The translations under genes and the position numbers were made by a program. Under the pieces are notes generated by a model. That model searched no databases. It was not told the origin of the DNA and saw only the letters and a list, made by a program, of their open reading frames with translations. 64,000 bases of DNA from Oikopleura dioica (Eukaryota; Animalia; Chordata), in NCBI GenBank assembly GCA_907165135.1, contig OU015567.1, positions 12,958,001-13,022,000 of the forward strand, in the 5' to 3' direction. How positions within the stretch are numbered: the stretch's first letter is position 1; each line of letters opens with the position of its first letter. This document shows, piece by piece, positions 61,150 through 64,000 of this stretch.

Positions 61150-64000
61150 CTAAATGTTTTGGTGGAAATTCGACATTTCCTGTTGGTGGTTGACGCGTTT
61201 TTGGGATGCGCGGCGCACGGGTTTTCGCCCGTTTCCGCCGTTGTTTTGCCCGTCTCGTCGGACAAGGGGCTTTTTCTCGGGAGCTTTCAGTCGCCACATG
61301 ACAACCTAAAATTTGTTTGAGTAAAAGGTTTTCGTAAAAAGGTGACAAGCGCTCATAATTATTAACTGAAACTTACCACGCTGGAATTGGTTTCAGCGCG
61401 CTTGAACTTCGTGGAAGCAACATATGAAGCCTTGACGGTTTGAACAACAGCATTCATCAGGTTCTTCGCAGCCTAAAAGAAGTGTTATTCGGCTGATGCT
61501 GCAAGAGAATGGTACCTGAATGAGGGATGTGGCGGAGTCAAGGCCGGAGACAACCAGTTCGCCTGCGATATTTTGCACTTCGGCCTTGACCTTGGCGCAC
61601 ATGTTCAGCTGGTGGCAGTAGAACTTGATTTTGTTGATGTGAGCCATGAGCTCGTTTCGCGCCCAATCTTCTGGGCAAGCCTGAATCTCGTTGGAAAAAT
61701 GGATGTGTCGTAAAATCTTACCTCGGCGATCTGGGAAGCAAGCGACTCGAGCTGATTACCCAGGTGAGCGATTTGAGTGGCAGAACTGATCACATCGCTC
61801 GTGCTCTTTAGTGGACCTGTACCACGGGTAAAGTCCGTCATCTGCATCATAACCATGCACATCTTTTTCGCCAAGACGATAATATCGTTGGAAGACTCGT
61901 CCCACTTGCCAACCTAAAATAATACTTTGAGACTTGAAATCTCTTTGAATGTTACTCACCTCTCGATCCATCTCAGCACGCTGCTCATTAAACTCCTTGA
62001 TGTTAGCATCAATAACTTCTTTCGCTGGCTCAGGAAGGTTTCTGAAAATGAAGAGACTAAAACAAAGATGTTTGCTTACTTGAATGCTTCTCGGGAGGGA
62101 TCGCGATTGAGAGTGTCGGTGGTTTTGTTCGTGGAGGCATGTGAGTGAGTATCAATATCCGAGTCGATGTCGTCGTCGTTGGGATCTCGCATTTGAAGAA
62201 CAGAGCGTCGGACGTCTCGAACGCCTTCGTAGACCATTCGAGCGGCCTCTAAAAGATCACTTTAGACGGGAAAATGAGAGAAAAGCTTACCAATGAATTC
62301 GTTCTCGTCAATTTCCTCTGGTGGGTCCTTGTCGAGAGCTTCGATAACAGCCGAAACCCGCTGGGTAAAGATTGGAGTGATCTCTTCCAAAAGCCTGTCT
62401 GTTTCTTCACGCACTTTGTCGGTGTAAAAGTCTGGCTCGTAATTGTCCATTTCCGCCATGACAACTTGATGAACTCGTTGGACGCGTCCTTGAATCGCCC
62501 CAGCAGTTCTATCGAGTTGATCGAGCTCTTTCGATTGTAACGCGGCGACGCATTGAGTGACGTCTTCCAAAACATGAGCTTCCGAAACCGCCAAAAAGTC
62601 GCCGATCGTTACAATTTCATCAACAGCGTCGGTTAAGTTTTGCACTTCTCCTTCCCACTTTCGTCTGAAAGCTTCCATATTTTCCTGAGCAATCTCCGAA
62701 TCCGTCCTTGCGGCGAGAGTGAGCGCTGCGTTGATGACTTGTGGACACAAAGTTTCGATTTGGTTGCACGCTAGTTTCACCATTCGTACGCCTTCCTCAT
62801 TATTCGACATCGTCGTCGCCAGTTTCGCCACTTCTACGAGCTTCTCAGCGTGCTCTCGGAAGACCTGTGCGTATTCCTTGACTTCTTCTTCGTTTCCCTT
62901 TTTCGCAGCTTCGATCAGGACGAGCAGAGGTACTGAGGTTTGAAGATAGGTGTCACTGACGTGATCTACGACGGCCTTTCGCAGTTGTCTCTTCAGGTCT
63001 TTATTTTTCATGACCATTGCGTCGATCGCATTCTCCAACATCGCTGATCTGTTTGGATTACCAGAGTTATTGATGTACTCGTTCAGCAGATCCTGAAGCG
63101 CCTGGCGAACATTATTGGCTTCTTCGACGATTCGTTCTCGTCTGTCCTCTCTCGTGCAATCGGCATCTGCCATCAACGCAGCTCCGGAAATAATTCTTTC
63201 CAGTTTTTCCTCCAGGCTTGGTCGGACAACGCTCTCTTCGAATTTCAACGGCGAAAAGTCGATCTGCTCCTCGAACTGGTCAAACGCATCGGCTAGGTTG
63301 TTGCCTGTGCCATCACGCGCCGACAATGGCCCAGTGCCAGTCACGGCTCGCTCGATTCGCTGCATGGCGTCCTGAACTTTTCGCAGGACAAAGTCACGGT
63401 TTTGCTTGGCGGCGGCGACTTCAGGATGTTCCAGCGCAGCTTTCGAAGCCGTGTAGAGCATCAATGAATTGTCTTTCAAGTCTCGTCGAGCAGCGGCGAG
63501 CTCGTCTCGTCGTGTTGGATCCTTCAAGTCTTTTTGTCGGAAGCCAGCGGCTGCTTGAAGCTTCGCCACGTCGGAGCCGAATTCTTTGAAAGTCGCGTTC
63601 AATTCGTCTTGGGTGCTCGCTTCTTTCACTTTTCCCAAGCTTCCCTTCGCGATTCTCAGCTTTTCCAAAAGTCGTTCCACATCAACCATATCGGCCAGAA
63701 CCAGCAATCGAGTAACAGCAGAAAGGACTGCCCGAGCATGGCGAACGACCTTCTCTCTCTTCTTAGTTTCGAATGGATCGCTGACGAATTCGCCAGCGGC
63801 GGATTTGAGGCTCGCGCCAGAAGTGGCAATTTCTTGAAGAATGCCGTTCATGTCATTTCCCAAGGTGCCGTACTTGGATGCAATTTGCGAGACTTCATGG
63901 CCCACTTGCATAAATCCGTCCAGCGCCCTGTCAACTGCCTAATCAGAAGATCGTCAGAACGGAGTTATTTTCAGCCTTAATTTTTACCTCAATCAAGACA
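61150..64000 (-). CDS. CTNNA: Alpha-catenin (5' end outside window)
   Basis: ARAVLSAVTRLLVLADMVDV, RPSLEEKLERIISGAALMAD, LRKAVVDHVSD, CPQVINAA, KWDESSNDIIVLAKKMCMVMMQMTDFTRGTGPLK, SGLDSATSLIQAAKNLMNAVVQTVKASYVAST, LKAPEKKPLV. Confidence 0.97.

Noticed and set aside
54083-63980. Many plus-strand ORFs of 60-160 aa opposite ZER1-like, hnRNP and alpha-catenin
   Set aside because: Antisense shadows of codon-biased coding sequence; only 58240-58620 has its own signal peptide and splice structure.
1-64000. tRNA, rRNA, spliced-leader RNA genes, CRISPR arrays and transposase/RT ORFs
   Set aside because: None recognised by eye on either strand; tRNAscan-SE, Infernal or RepeatMasker would be needed to exclude them formally.

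Overview
Gene-dense eukaryotic DNA with very short (mostly 30-50 nt) introns, several non-canonical GA-AG/GC-AG introns and chordate-type genes. This pattern fits the appendicularian tunicate Oikopleura (inference from gene structure, not from a database match). Recognisable genes in order: SLC6 transporter (-), triple serine protease-ZP protein (-), Kir channel (+), calcium channel alpha2delta subunit (-), 2OG-Fe(II) dioxygenase (+), C-lectin/ShK protein (+), divergent TGF-beta-family ligand (-), non-alpha nicotinic receptor subunit (-), a ~14 kb mosaic protease gene (-), cystathionine gamma-lyase (+), ZER1/ZYG11-like (-), hnRNP Q/R (-) and alpha-catenin (-, partial). The most interesting items were found by manual splicing and are fragmented or absent in the ORF track. 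These are a 196-aa TGF-beta ligand with a minimal prodomain and no dimerisation Cys, a secreted precursor ending ...SGRF-GKRK (RFamide-like), a tandem pair of precursors ending ...NF(D/N)Y-GKK, frame-incompatible duplicated exons in the nAChR gene, two fold-back MITEs abutting splice sites, and a small secreted gene nested antisense in an hnRNP intron. Four single-base frame breaks, all at runs of identical bases, suggest assembly errors. All gene models are hand-built and unverified by transcripts.
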